Shown: positions 18,704 to 27,417 of the stretch, in pieces
Numbering within the stretch: position 1 is the stretch's first letter
Layout: every line of letters begins with the position of its first letter
Assembly: GCA_016789145.1 (NCBI GenBank)
Contig: JAEUQI010000003.1
Location: 5,206 to 69,205, forward strand
DNA: 64,000 bases
Source of the DNA: Blastocatellia bacterium
GTDB taxonomy: Bacteria; Acidobacteriota; Blastocatellia; Pyrinomonadales; Pyrinomonadaceae
Reading direction: 5' to 3'
Translations under genes and position numbers: made by a program
Notes under the pieces: model-generated
What the model was told of the DNA's origin: nothing
Databases searched by the model: none
What the model saw: only the letters and a program-made list of their open reading frames with translations

Positions 18704-20544
18704 ATGCCTTGAGCATCGGCCTCGTAGCGCTCATTCTCAGTTCGCTTTTGCTTTTCTCATCGTGCGCTCAGATCGAAAAGCCAACGGTCAAACCGTACCT
18801 AGCCGAGACCGCAGCACCAAAGCTACAAGAGATCCGCTGGTCAAATGGAAAAGCGCCAAAGCATTTCGATCCGGCACTCGCGGCGGCCGCACCTGAGACC
18901 GACATACTTCGCGCTACCTACGAGGGCCTTACCGAGATCGACCCACGCAGCCTTGATGCAATTCCGGGCACAGCGGAAAGTTGGACAACGAGCGAAGACC
19001 AGCGTGTATGGACGTTTGTTATTCGCAGCAATGCAAAATGGTCAAATGGCCATAAGCTAAACTCGGCCGATTTCTTACGTTCATTCAAACGCCTTGCCGC
19101 AATTGGCGACCGCGGAGCTCATCGCGGCTTGCTTTCTAATATTGTCGGATTCAGCGATACGGACGCGGCGAAACTGACCGAAACGCCTGAGATCGAAAAA
19201 AATGTTTCGAATGGTCAATCAACACCGTCAGAACCAACCTCGCAGTTTCAAAAGCCAAAAGTCGAACCTGTCCAAATTCCGGTTCCCGAGGTCGCCGCGC
19301 CGTCGTCGCCGATAACAGCCAAACCGTCGGGCGACAGTTTTGGTGTGATCGCTAAAGACGAAAATACGATCGAGATCAGATTACGTCGACCTGACGCAAA
19401 CCTACCAAAACTTTTGGCAAACCCGATCTTTATGCCGGTTTACGGCGATGGCAAAGGTCTCGATAACGGAAAGCCGAACGTTGAGACCATTACGAATGGC
19501 CCGTTCAAGCTGGTAAAGGCCGTTGACGGCAGACTTGAGTTAGAACGCTCGGAAACCTATTGGGATAGCAGTTCAGTTAAGCTCGACAGGCTTGTTTTTG
19601 TCGAACAGCAGAATCCTGACCAAGCGTTTGATGCGTACAAGAAAGGTCAGATCGACATCGTAACGAACTCTGATTTTGAGCCATTGGCGTTGAAATTGAT
19701 GACGCCGTTCAAGGATTTCCGTCGAAATACGCACGCTGCTTTGAATTTTTATCAGGTCAATACTGCCGTCCCGCCGTTCAGTGACCGCCGTGTTCGTGAG
19801 GCATTAGCCCTTGCGATCGACAGGGAGCAGATCGTTGATGCGGAATTGCGCGGATCAGCCGAGCCCGCTAACCGATTCCTGCCGCTGGGCAAAACAACCG
19901 AGCCTTCGTTGTCATTCAATGCCGAACGAGCGAAACAATTATTAGAACTAGCCGGATTTCCAAACGGTAGCGGCTTTCCGAAAATTCGTCTCGTAGTTAA
20001 CCGAAACGACCTGCAGCAGCGTGTAGCCCGAGCTGTCGCCAAAACTTGGAAACAACACTTAAATATTGAGACGGAGTTATTGTTCAAGGACAATGCGGAA
20101 TTAGCCTCAATAAGGAAAAGCGGCGAATTCGATCTGTTAAGGCGAGGTGTTGTCTTGCCGTCCGCTGATGAAACGATGAGCCTCGCCGCAATACTTGGCT
20201 ACGACAAGATGGTTATCCCGCAACTTGATGTTGAACGAACCACGCCGGACTTTTTATCACCTGAGGCCGATCTGCCGCCGTCAGGCCCGAATGCGATCGC
20301 CTCCGAAGACACCGACCCGAGTTCAGCCCTTACTGCTCAACCGGAAAGTTCGCCTGCGGAAAAGCTATTTAACGAAGAAGATGCACTTTACGATCTGAGG
20401 GCGATACCGATCTACTTTCCTACGTCGTATTCGCTAGTGAAGCCCTATGTTCTGGGATTCGAAACGAACGTTCTTGATGCCCCACTGCTCAAAGCGATAT
20501 CCATTGATACCGAATGGAGCGAAAGCTCGAACCTAGCTGAATAA
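18664..20544 (+). CDS. ABC transporter substrate-binding lipoprotein, family 5 (peptide/nickel)
   Basis: It has the lipobox 'LFSSC' and SBP_bac_5-like regions ('ESWTTSEDQRVWTFVIRSNAKWSNG'). It also carries Pro/Ser-rich low-complexity insertions. The listed start overlaps coaE by 40 nt, so the start is uncertain. Confidence 0.75.
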   Translation: MQRRNGPISNSRIDALSIGLVALILSSLLLFSSCAQIEKPTVKPYLAETAAPKLQEIRWSNGKAPKHFDPALAAAAPETDILRATYEGLTEIDPRSLDAIPGTAESWTTSEDQRVWTFVIRSNAKWSNGHKLNSADFLRSFKRLAAIGDRGAHRGLLSNIVGFSDTDAAKLTETPEIEKNVSNGQSTPSEPTSQFQKPKVEPVQIPVPEVAAPSSPITAKPSGDSFGVIAKDENTIEIRLRRPDANLPKLLANPIFMPVYGDGKGLDNGKPNVETITNGPFKLVKAVDGRLELERSETYWDSSSVKLDRLVFVEQQNPDQAFDAYKKGQIDIVTNSDFEPLALKLMTPFKDFRRNTHAALNFYQVNTAVPPFSDRRVREALALAIDREQIVDAELRGSAEPANRFLPLGKTTEPSLSFNAERAKQLLELAGFPNGSGFPKIRLVVNRNDLQQRVARAVAKTWKQHLNIETELLFKDNAELASIRKSGEFDLLRRGVVLPSADETMSLAAILGYDKMVIPQLDVERTTPDFLSPEADLPPSGPNAIASEDTDPSSALTAQPESSPAEKLFNEEDALYDLRAIPIYFPTSYSLVKPYVLGFETNVLDAPLLKAISIDTEWSESSNLAE

Positions 20545-20652
20545 CTATCAAAACTCTAGGGGTTTCATTTTTGGTTCGATTCGGCTAAGATTCTGTAGCG
20601 GCTTTCCCCTAGCGAACATCTCTGATTTCTTTTGTGCGGTTTGATCCGATCT

Positions 20653-22698
20653 ATGGAGAACAGGACGTCTTCTTGTAACAATCGACTCCTCGCCTTATTT
20701 CTGCTGTGGACCACCGCATTGGGTCTCGTTGGCTGTTCGACGTCAGCTTCGAGCAAATATTTCGGCAGAACTTCCCCGCCGTCTGACAACGTCCTTCGCT
20801 ACGTTACAGGCTCAGAACCTGAAACTCTCGACCCTCAATTGCCCGACGGCCAGCCCGAAGCTCGTATCTTCATGGCTCTCTACGAGGGACTTGTGGAATA
20901 TGGTCCGAAGGACCAGCAACCGATCCCGGCTCTGGCCAAAAGCTGGGAGATCAGCCCAAAGGTCGATGAATTCATTTTCCACCTGCGCCAAGACGCAAAA
21001 TGGAGCGATGGGAAACCGATAACGGCAAATGATTTTGTTTACAGTTTAAGACGAGGATTCTCGCCGGAAACGACATCGCGGACTGCCGGACTTGGCTATG
21101 CGATCAAGTATTCTGAGGATTTCAATGGTGAGAAGGTCTTTATAAAAAAGGACGGCAGATTCCTGACCGAGGCAGATCTCGAACCGACGCCCGCAAAGCC
21201 TTCTACTCCATTCGGTCCCGAGACAGAATTTCGCAAGTTCATGCAGTCGCCGACTCGGCTCACTATCTATGGCGATGAGAAGAAGCGAACGAAGGTTCTC
21301 GATGGCGACGAAAAACTGAAGGCCCTCGTTCAAGGCGCAGAGTTCGTGCCGATCGAAGGCAAGGATATCGGCGTCGAGGCGATCGACGACTACACTTTAC
21401 GTATCACTCTCAAACAAAGTGCACCATATTTCCTCGGCCTTTTCGCTCATCAGTTCTTCCGCCTAGTTCCGCAGCATGCCATCGAAAAGCATGGAAAAGA
21501 CTGGACGCGGCCTGAGAATATCGTCACCAACGGCCCGTTCAAGATCAAGGAATACAGGCCATACGACCGCCTGATCGTCGAACGCGATCCGAACTATTGG
21601 GACGCTAAGAATGTGCACCTCGACCGCATCGATTTCTATCCTGTCGAGGAAAACTCGACGATATTGAACCTTTACAAAGCAGGCTCTATCGATGCCTTCC
21701 TCAACCACACGGTTCCATCATCGTGGATAAACGAGGTTCGCCAGTACAAGGACGAGTATCTTGATTTTCCCGAAGCGGCTACGGCGTATTATTCGATGAA
21801 TACGACCAAGCCGCCGTTCGACAATGTGAAAGTCAGACGTGCTTTCTTGCTTGGCCTCGACCGTGAGGCTCTGTCCAAATTCCGCAAGATCACACAGCCG
21901 CTTTACGGAAAGGTTCCGCAGGGCAGTTTCCCTGATTATGCCAAGGCTGCAGCGAAAGTTGGCGAAGAGATCCGAAACGAAAAGGGCATCGCAGCCGACG
22001 CTTGGGAAAAGCGTTATAAGTTCGATCCGGAGACCGCGAGGAAATTGCTGACCGAAGCAGGTTTTCCGGTCGTTAAGAACGGCGACCAGTTTGAATGCCC
22101 GACGTTTCCCGTCGATCGGCTGGCGATCAATTTCAACACGAACGAGAACAACAAATCGGTCGCCGAATTCCTACAGGCACAGTGGAAGCGAAACCTTGGC
22201 GTCACGGTGCCGCTCAAGACGATGGAATTCAAAACGTACTTGCCGTTCTTCAAATCGCTACAGTACGAGGGCTTTGCTCAGTTCCTCTGGTCGGGCGACT
22301 ATATGGATCCATATACGTTCCTGAGTCTGCAATACGGCAAGGATAACGAAGGTGCCGCAGGTTTTTACGACCCCAAATACGACAAGTTGCTCGACGATGC
22401 CAACGTCGAACTCGACGCCCAAAAACGATACGAACTGATGGCTCGCGCAGAAGAATATCTGATGGAGCAGCTGCCGATGATACCGCTCACGGTAAACGCG
22501 ACCAATTGGATGAAAAAACCTTATGTAAAAGGAATGTACCCAAATCCTGGGACGCTTTTGCCCTGGAAGTTCGTCTATATCGAACGCAATCCGGCGAAAT
22601 GGGACAAGGACGTCGCGAACATAATGAATGTGCCGGACGCACAGGTCGATCAACAACTGGCCGACCTTGTGAGCACGCAAAAGGCTGCGCAGAAATAA
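20653..22698 (+). CDS. Oligopeptide ABC transporter substrate-binding lipoprotein (OppA-like)
   Basis: It has the lipobox 'LVGC', 'LAKSWEISPKVDEFIFHLRQDAKWSDGKPITANDFVYS' and 'YYSMNTTKPPFDNVKVRRA'. The start is placed at 'MENRTSS'. Confidence 0.85.
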   Translation: MENRTSSCNNRLLALFLLWTTALGLVGCSTSASSKYFGRTSPPSDNVLRYVTGSEPETLDPQLPDGQPEARIFMALYEGLVEYGPKDQQPIPALAKSWEISPKVDEFIFHLRQDAKWSDGKPITANDFVYSLRRGFSPETTSRTAGLGYAIKYSEDFNGEKVFIKKDGRFLTEADLEPTPAKPSTPFGPETEFRKFMQSPTRLTIYGDEKKRTKVLDGDEKLKALVQGAEFVPIEGKDIGVEAIDDYTLRITLKQSAPYFLGLFAHQFFRLVPQHAIEKHGKDWTRPENIVTNGPFKIKEYRPYDRLIVERDPNYWDAKNVHLDRIDFYPVEENSTILNLYKAGSIDAFLNHTVPSSWINEVRQYKDEYLDFPEAATAYYSMNTTKPPFDNVKVRRAFLLGLDREALSKFRKITQPLYGKVPQGSFPDYAKAAAKVGEEIRNEKGIAADAWEKRYKFDPETARKLLTEAGFPVVKNGDQFECPTFPVDRLAINFNTNENNKSVAEFLQAQWKRNLGVTVPLKTMEFKTYLPFFKSLQYEGFAQFLWSGDYMDPYTFLSLQYGKDNEGAAGFYDPKYDKLLDDANVELDAQKRYELMARAEEYLMEQLPMIPLTVNATNWMKKPYVKGMYPNPGTLLPWKFVYIERNPAKWDKDVANIMNVPDAQVDQQLADLVSTQKAAQK

Positions 22699-22701
22699 CG
22701 A

Positions 22702-23619
22702 ATGCTGAGCTTCATCATACGCAGGACCCTGATCATAATCCCGATGGCACTCATAGTAGTGACATTGACCTGGGGTTTGGTGCGTCTTGCGCCCGGCAAT
22801 TTCTACACCGGCGAAAAGAAGCTGCCTGCCGCGATCGAAGCAAACATCAAGAAGAAATACGGACTCGATCAGCCGTGGTACACGCAATACGGCATGATGA
22901 TGTCGAACATCATCCGCGGCGATTTTGGCGATTCCGTTAAATACCAAGGCCAATCCGTTAACGAGATCATCACTCGGCATCTGCCGTATTCGGCGACGAT
23001 CGGAATTCTCGGTTACTTGCTCGCGTTGTTGATCGGTCTGTCTGCCGGAACATTCGCTGCACTTAAACAAAATTCGTCGTTCGACTACGGCTCGATGTCG
23101 CTTGCGATGCTTGGGTTATCGGTGCCGAATTTTGTCCTGGGACCATTGCTGGTGCTTGTGTTCTCGTTCTGGCTTTACTGGCTGCCGCCGGCTCGTTGGG
23201 GCGGGATCGCAGGACTCATACTGCCGGTTTGCACACTCGCGGCGATCTATGCGGCGTATATCGCACGTTTGACTCGTGCGGGAATGCTCGAGGTTTTGCG
23301 GTCGGACTACATTCGCACGGCACGTGCCAAAGGCCTTGATGAGAAGACGGTGTTATTCCGCCATGCGCTTCGCGGCGGTTTGGTTCCGGTGTTGTCGTTT
23401 ACAGGCCCGGCACTCGCGGCATTGCTCGCGGGAACGGTCGTTGTCGAAAAGGTCTTCGCAATTCCCGGCCTCGGCAATATTTTTATTCAATCAGTTTTCA
23501 ATCGCGACGAACCGCTGATACTCGGCATCGTCGCTTTTCTGTCGATCTTGATCATGGTCTTTAACCTGATCGTCGATGTTTGTTACGGATTTCTCGATCC
23601 GCGGATCAGGTACGAATAG
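22702..23619 (+). CDS. Oligopeptide ABC transporter permease (OppB-like)
   Basis: It has six hydrophobic segments and the EAA-type motif 'SDYIRTARAKGL'. Confidence 0.88.
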   Translation: MLSFIIRRTLIIIPMALIVVTLTWGLVRLAPGNFYTGEKKLPAAIEANIKKKYGLDQPWYTQYGMMMSNIIRGDFGDSVKYQGQSVNEIITRHLPYSATIGILGYLLALLIGLSAGTFAALKQNSSFDYGSMSLAMLGLSVPNFVLGPLLVLVFSFWLYWLPPARWGGIAGLILPVCTLAAIYAAYIARLTRAGMLEVLRSDYIRTARAKGLDEKTVLFRHALRGGLVPVLSFTGPALAALLAGTVVVEKVFAIPGLGNIFIQSVFNRDEPLILGIVAFLSILIMVFNLIVDVCYGFLDPRIRYE

Positions 23620-23621
23620 TT

Positions 23622-24584
23622 ATGTCGGAGGAAGTTAGCACACAAAAGCCAACCTCGCTCTGGCGAGACGCTTGGCGGCGCCTGCTAAAAAATAAGCTCG
23701 CGGTGTTCGGGCTTTGTGTGCTCGTGTTTATGGTCGTCGCCGTGATCGTGGGGCCATACATCGTAAAGGCCGCGACTGGTTTTTCGTACGACACGATGCC
23801 GACGGACGGTAACCTCGCACGCTCAATGCCACCGTCATTGCAGCATCCGATGGGCACCGACGACGCCGGACGCGACCTGTTGGCTCGCGTATTACAAGGC
23901 GGCCGTATCAGCCTGATGGTCGGCATAATATCAACGCTCGTGTCGCTGCTGATCGGCGTTTCGTATGGTGCGATAGCGGGCTATCTTGGCGGATTCATCG
24001 ACAACGTGATGATGCGCATTGTCGATATTTTTTATTCGATACCTTACATCCTCATCGTCATCGTATTGCTCGCCGTGTTCGGCGGACCGAGCACGCCGGA
24101 ATGGATCAAATGGCTATCAACTAATATCGGCGGTGCCGGCAATCAAGGCCTAAGCCAGATATTTCTGTTGTTTTTTGCGCTTGGATTGGTGTCTTGGCTA
24201 ACGATGGCACGCGTTGTTCGTGGGCAGGTTTTGACCTTGAAGAATCAGGAGTTTGTGCTCGCGGCAAAGGCGACGGGCGTTTCGACGTTCGGCATTATCT
24301 TTCGCCATCTGATACCGAACACGCTCGGGCCTGTGATCGTTTACGCGACGCTGACGATCCCGAGCGTAATGCTGACCGAGGCGTTTCTATCGTTCCTCGG
24401 CCTAGGCGTTCAGCCGCCGTACGCGTCGTGGGGCAGCCTCGCGGCTGATGGAATAAAGAATCTGGCGATATTCCCGTGGCAGCTTATCGCTCCGGGCGTG
24501 ACGATGGCATTGACTTTGTTTTCACTTAATTTCTTAGGCGACGGCCTGCGTGATGCTCTAGATCCGCAGACTCGAAAGTTTTAG
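23622..24584 (+). CDS. Oligopeptide ABC transporter permease (OppC-like)
   Basis: It has the OppC N-terminal motif 'SLWRDAWRRLLKNKLAV' and 'EFVLAAKATGVS'. The start is placed at the ATG at 23622 rather than the listed upstream start. Confidence 0.88.
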   Translation: MSEEVSTQKPTSLWRDAWRRLLKNKLAVFGLCVLVFMVVAVIVGPYIVKAATGFSYDTMPTDGNLARSMPPSLQHPMGTDDAGRDLLARVLQGGRISLMVGIISTLVSLLIGVSYGAIAGYLGGFIDNVMMRIVDIFYSIPYILIVIVLLAVFGGPSTPEWIKWLSTNIGGAGNQGLSQIFLLFFALGLVSWLTMARVVRGQVLTLKNQEFVLAAKATGVSTFGIIFRHLIPNTLGPVIVYATLTIPSVMLTEAFLSFLGLGVQPPYASWGSLAADGIKNLAIFPWQLIAPGVTMALTLFSLNFLGDGLRDALDPQTRKF

Positions 24585-24621
24585 CAACGGACCGCACGCG
24601 TCTCGCGTGCACACGATACGA

Positions 24622-25629
24622 ATGACTGATCCGATCTTAAAAGTTGACGGCCTTAAGACGTATTTCCGTACGGAAGACGGCGTCGTCAAGGCTGTTGACG
24701 ATGTGTCGTTCGAGTTGAAAAAGGGCGAGACGCTTGGGATCGTTGGCGAATCAGGTTCGGGCAAATCGGTGACGAATCTCTCGGTGATGCGGCTGATACA
24801 AACGCCGCCGGGCGAGATCGCGGGCGGCAGCGTTACGTTTGACGGCATTGATGTGCTGGCGTTACCGATCGACGAGGTTCGCAAGATCCGCGGGAAGCGT
24901 ATCGCGATGATCTTTCAAGATCCGATGACGTCGCTAAATCCGTTTCTCAAGATCTCGAAACAGTTGATGGAGGTGACGCAGCTTCATCTCGGCCACACGA
25001 AGACGCAGGCTCGCGAGCATGCCTTGAAGATGCTTCAACTCGTCGGCATTCCCGATGCCGAGCATCGGCTCGACGAATATCCGCACGAATTCTCCGGCGG
25101 CATGCGGCAACGCGTGATGATCGCGATGGCGTTGAGCTGCGAACCGGAATTGCTGATCGCTGACGAACCGACGACCGCTCTCGACGTTACGATCCAAGCC
25201 CAAATTCTCGAGTTGATCAAAGACCTCAAGTCGCGAATGGGCACAAGCGTGATCCTGATCACGCACGACCTCGGCGTCGTCGCCGGCATGACCGACAAAA
25301 TCATAGTAATGTACGCCGGCAAGGTTTTTGAGCAGGCACCGACCAAGGAATTGTTCTCGCGGCCCGCGAATCCTTATACCAAGGGCCTGCTCCGCAGCGT
25401 TCCTGATCCTGCCCACGTACAAGGCAAGGAGCTTTACCAAATTCCCGGCTTGCCGCCCGACGTCGCAAACCTACCGGCGGGCTGCCCGTTTGCCGAACGC
25501 TGCGACCGAGCAGAAGATATCTGCCGCCGCGAGTTTCCGCCGTTTGTTGAGGTTGCCGCAGGACACCATTCGCTTTGTCATTTCGCCGAGCGGGTTTACG
25601 AGCAATCGAAAAGCGAGGTGAATAGCTGA
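24622..25629 (+). CDS. Oligopeptide ABC transporter ATPase (OppD-like)
   Basis: It has Walker A 'GESGSGKS', the signature 'FSGGMRQR', Walker B 'LLIADEPT', and a C-terminal oligopeptide domain with 'CPFAERC'. Confidence 0.9.
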   Translation: MTDPILKVDGLKTYFRTEDGVVKAVDDVSFELKKGETLGIVGESGSGKSVTNLSVMRLIQTPPGEIAGGSVTFDGIDVLALPIDEVRKIRGKRIAMIFQDPMTSLNPFLKISKQLMEVTQLHLGHTKTQAREHALKMLQLVGIPDAEHRLDEYPHEFSGGMRQRVMIAMALSCEPELLIADEPTTALDVTIQAQILELIKDLKSRMGTSVILITHDLGVVAGMTDKIIVMYAGKVFEQAPTKELFSRPANPYTKGLLRSVPDPAHVQGKELYQIPGLPPDVANLPAGCPFAERCDRAEDICRREFPPFVEVAAGHHSLCHFAERVYEQSKSEVNS

Positions 25630-26783
25630 TGTTGATACACCTTAGCTGTCCAAAATGTGCCGCGAATCTCGACGTCAATGACGGCGACCGCTTGGTGAAG
25701 TGTAAGTTCTGCGGTGCGGTCTCTGCACTTAAGTTGGACGAGCGGAAAGAGCCAACGTTGTCGCTAACGGGAGGCAAACAATTTGTGCCGTCCGCAGACG
25801 CTTTGATCACGCTCGACGATCTGAGAGTCCATTACCGCAGCGGCGGCGGGCTTTTGAGTGCGTTCAAGACCGTCAAAGCTGTCGATGGCGTGTCGCTCGA
25901 TATCAAGAAAGGCGAGACGCTTGGCCTCGTCGGCGAATCAGGTTGCGGTAAATCTACGCTTGGAAAAGCGATCCTTAGACTTACAAATCCGACAGGCGGA
26001 AAGGTAATTTACAACGGCAAAGACCTCGCTCATCTGCCAAATTCGGCGATGCGTGACCAGCGAAAGCATCTGCAGATGATCTTTCAAGACCCTTACGCGA
26101 GCCTCAATCCGCGAATGACCGTCGGGCAGATCATCGGTGAACCGTTGAACACGTTCGGACTCAAAGGCAGCGTGAGCGTTGAGCAGTTGATGGAGACAGT
26201 AGGCCTGTCGCGTCGTTTTATAAAACGCTATCCACACGAGTTTTCCGGCGGCCAGCGTCAGCGAATCGGAATTGCCCGAGCACTTGCTGTAGATCCGGAA
26301 TTCATTGTCGCCGATGAACCGATCTCCGCTCTTGATGTCTCAATTCAGGCTCAGATAATGAACCTAATGGAGCGTTTGCAGGCTGAAAAGCAATTGACGT
26401 ATCTGTTCATTTCACACGATTTACGGGCTGTCAGGCATCTATCAGATCGAGTCGCAGTGATGTACCTCGGCCGTATCGTCGAGCTAGCTGACGCAAAAGA
26501 TATCTACAAAGAACCGTTAATGCCATACACGCAGGCATTGATCTCAGCCGTACCAGTTCCCGACCCTGAGGTCGAAGCGAAACGTGAGCGAATCATTTTG
26601 AAAGGCGACGTTCCTTCGCCGATAAACCCGCCGACCGGCTGCCATTTTCACACGCGTTGCCAATACGCTGTCCCCGAATGTAAGACGACGACACCGCAGC
26701 TCGTCGAGATCAAGCCGCGACATTACGCCGCGTGCATTCGCATCTCGCCCGAGCGGCCCCACATATCCGAGAACACGAATTAG
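25629..26783 (+). CDS. Oligopeptide ABC transporter ATPase (OppF-like) with a possible N-terminal zinc-ribbon extension
   Basis: It has Walker A 'GESGCGKS', 'FSGGQRQR', 'FIVADEP' and 'CHFHTRC'. The first 52 codons encode 'CPKC...x14...CKFC'. An alternative in-frame GTG at 25785 is preceded by GGGAGG. Confidence 0.85.
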   Translation: MLIHLSCPKCAANLDVNDGDRLVKCKFCGAVSALKLDERKEPTLSLTGGKQFVPSADALITLDDLRVHYRSGGGLLSAFKTVKAVDGVSLDIKKGETLGLVGESGCGKSTLGKAILRLTNPTGGKVIYNGKDLAHLPNSAMRDQRKHLQMIFQDPYASLNPRMTVGQIIGEPLNTFGLKGSVSVEQLMETVGLSRRFIKRYPHEFSGGQRQRIGIARALAVDPEFIVADEPISALDVSIQAQIMNLMERLQAEKQLTYLFISHDLRAVRHLSDRVAVMYLGRIVELADAKDIYKEPLMPYTQALISAVPVPDPEVEAKRERIILKGDVPSPINPPTGCHFHTRCQYAVPECKTTTPQLVEIKPRHYAACIRISPERPHISENTN

Positions 26784-26941
26784 ATCGTTGCCTTCATTCC
26801 GTAAAACCCAAAGGTGGCTAGCTTTATTTGCGGCCTCTCTTTTTTGCTCGCCATCCGGCCTAAAGCGGCGAGCACGCCGAGCACTACGAGCGCGATGATC
26901 GCAATGAGCGTAACAATCTTTGCGACGGTTCTTTCGATCAA
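26780..26941 (-). CDS. Possible small single-pass membrane protein (53 aa, TTG start)
   Basis: This is the C-terminal part of the listed 26780..27175 ORF, 'IERTVAKIVTLIAIIALVVLGVLAALGRMASKKERPQ...', and it contains a clean 20-residue hydrophobic helix. It has no convincing SD. The upstream part of the ORF runs through repeat DNA and is probably not coding. Confidence 0.25.
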   Translation of the reverse strand: MIERTVAKIVTLIAIIALVVLGVLAALGRMASKKERPQIKLATFGFYGMKATI

Positions 26942-26944
26942 AAT

Positions 26945-26978
26945 GGTAGAGGTCTCTTTTTTAAAAAACACCTCTACC
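26945..26978. promoter_or_regulatory. Near-perfect palindrome around an A/T core
   Basis: GGTAGAGGT (26945..26953) pairs with ACCTCTACC (26970..26978), flanking CTCTTTTTTAAAAAAC. The right arm is also the start of the first 22-bp repeat unit. Confidence 0.6.
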
Positions 26979-27059
26979 ACTTGGGCACTTCTCCGGTACC
27001 ACTTTAGGCAAAGTACTCTACCACTTTCCGGAAAGTACTCTACCACTTGGGGTCTAGCT
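26972..27059. repeat. Four tandem 22-bp direct repeats with a conserved CTCTACCACTT core
   Basis: The core TACCACTT starts at 26975, 26997, 27019 and 27041, an exact 22-bp phasing. Units 2 and 3 also contain the internal palindromes ACTTT-N4-AAAGT (27001..27014 and 27023..27036). Confidence 0.85.
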
Positions 27060-27122
27060 GTTACAGATTTGCCTGTAAACACGGCATTCTGGGCATTCAT
27101 TGGCGTGGCACAGCGTTGCATA

Positions 27123-27191
27123 TGTGGTACGTACCACAATTTTGTGCGACAACTTGTAACGCGACTTTTGACCAAATTTGTCGCGCGACAA
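27123..27191. promoter_or_regulatory. Operator-like palindrome cluster upstream of the GGDEF operon
   Basis: There is a 16-bp perfect palindrome TGTGGTACGTACCACA (27123..27138), which reuses the GTACCAC core of the repeats. It is followed by three TTGT-N-GCGAC(AA) sites: TTGTGCGACAA (27142..27152), TTGTAACGCGAC (27154..27165) and the 14-bp perfect palindrome TTGTCGCGCGACAA (27178..27191). Confidence 0.6.
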
Positions 27192-27417
27192 TTCGTGTCA
27201 AAAACAATGAAATTGACCCACGAAAATTTACATTTATAGATCGAATCCTTGTTCCCGCCTTCTCGCCATTGTGCGATCGGAGGCGAGCTGTCTCACGACT
27301 GCGTCTTTTTTATTGAAATCTCATTGCTATTGGGCGTTTTAGCCCGATACAGGAAATTAGCATTTACGAATTCGCGGCGTTATCAACCGTTAGTTCGCGG
27401 GCTATTATTTGACGAAT

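Noticed and set aside
26972-27059. I considered the four 22-bp direct repeats as a CRISPR array or as plasmid-type iterons (oriV) next to an A/T-rich palindrome.
   Set aside because: The units are contiguous with no spacers and are far too short for CRISPR, and there are no cas genes. No rep, par or mobilisation genes or DnaA-box cluster are nearby, and the context is core chromosomal. I treat them as regulatory repeats instead.
27106-27120. I considered TGGCAC-AGCG-TTGCA as a sigma-54-like -24/-12 element, downstream of the phased repeats, which would then look like enhancer sites.
   Set aside because: The GG and GC dinucleotides are separated by 9 nt rather than the essentially invariant 10. 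No bEBP (GAFTGA AAA+ activator) is encoded in the window. It is probably a chance near-match.
26780-27239. I considered the listed ORFs 26780..27175 (-) and 26814..27239 (+), which span the repeat region, as real genes.
   Set aside because: They run through non-triplet (22-bp) repeats and palindromes, have no recognisable motifs and overlap each other on opposite strands. Only the C-terminal hydrophobic part of the minus ORF is kept, as a low-confidence small gene.
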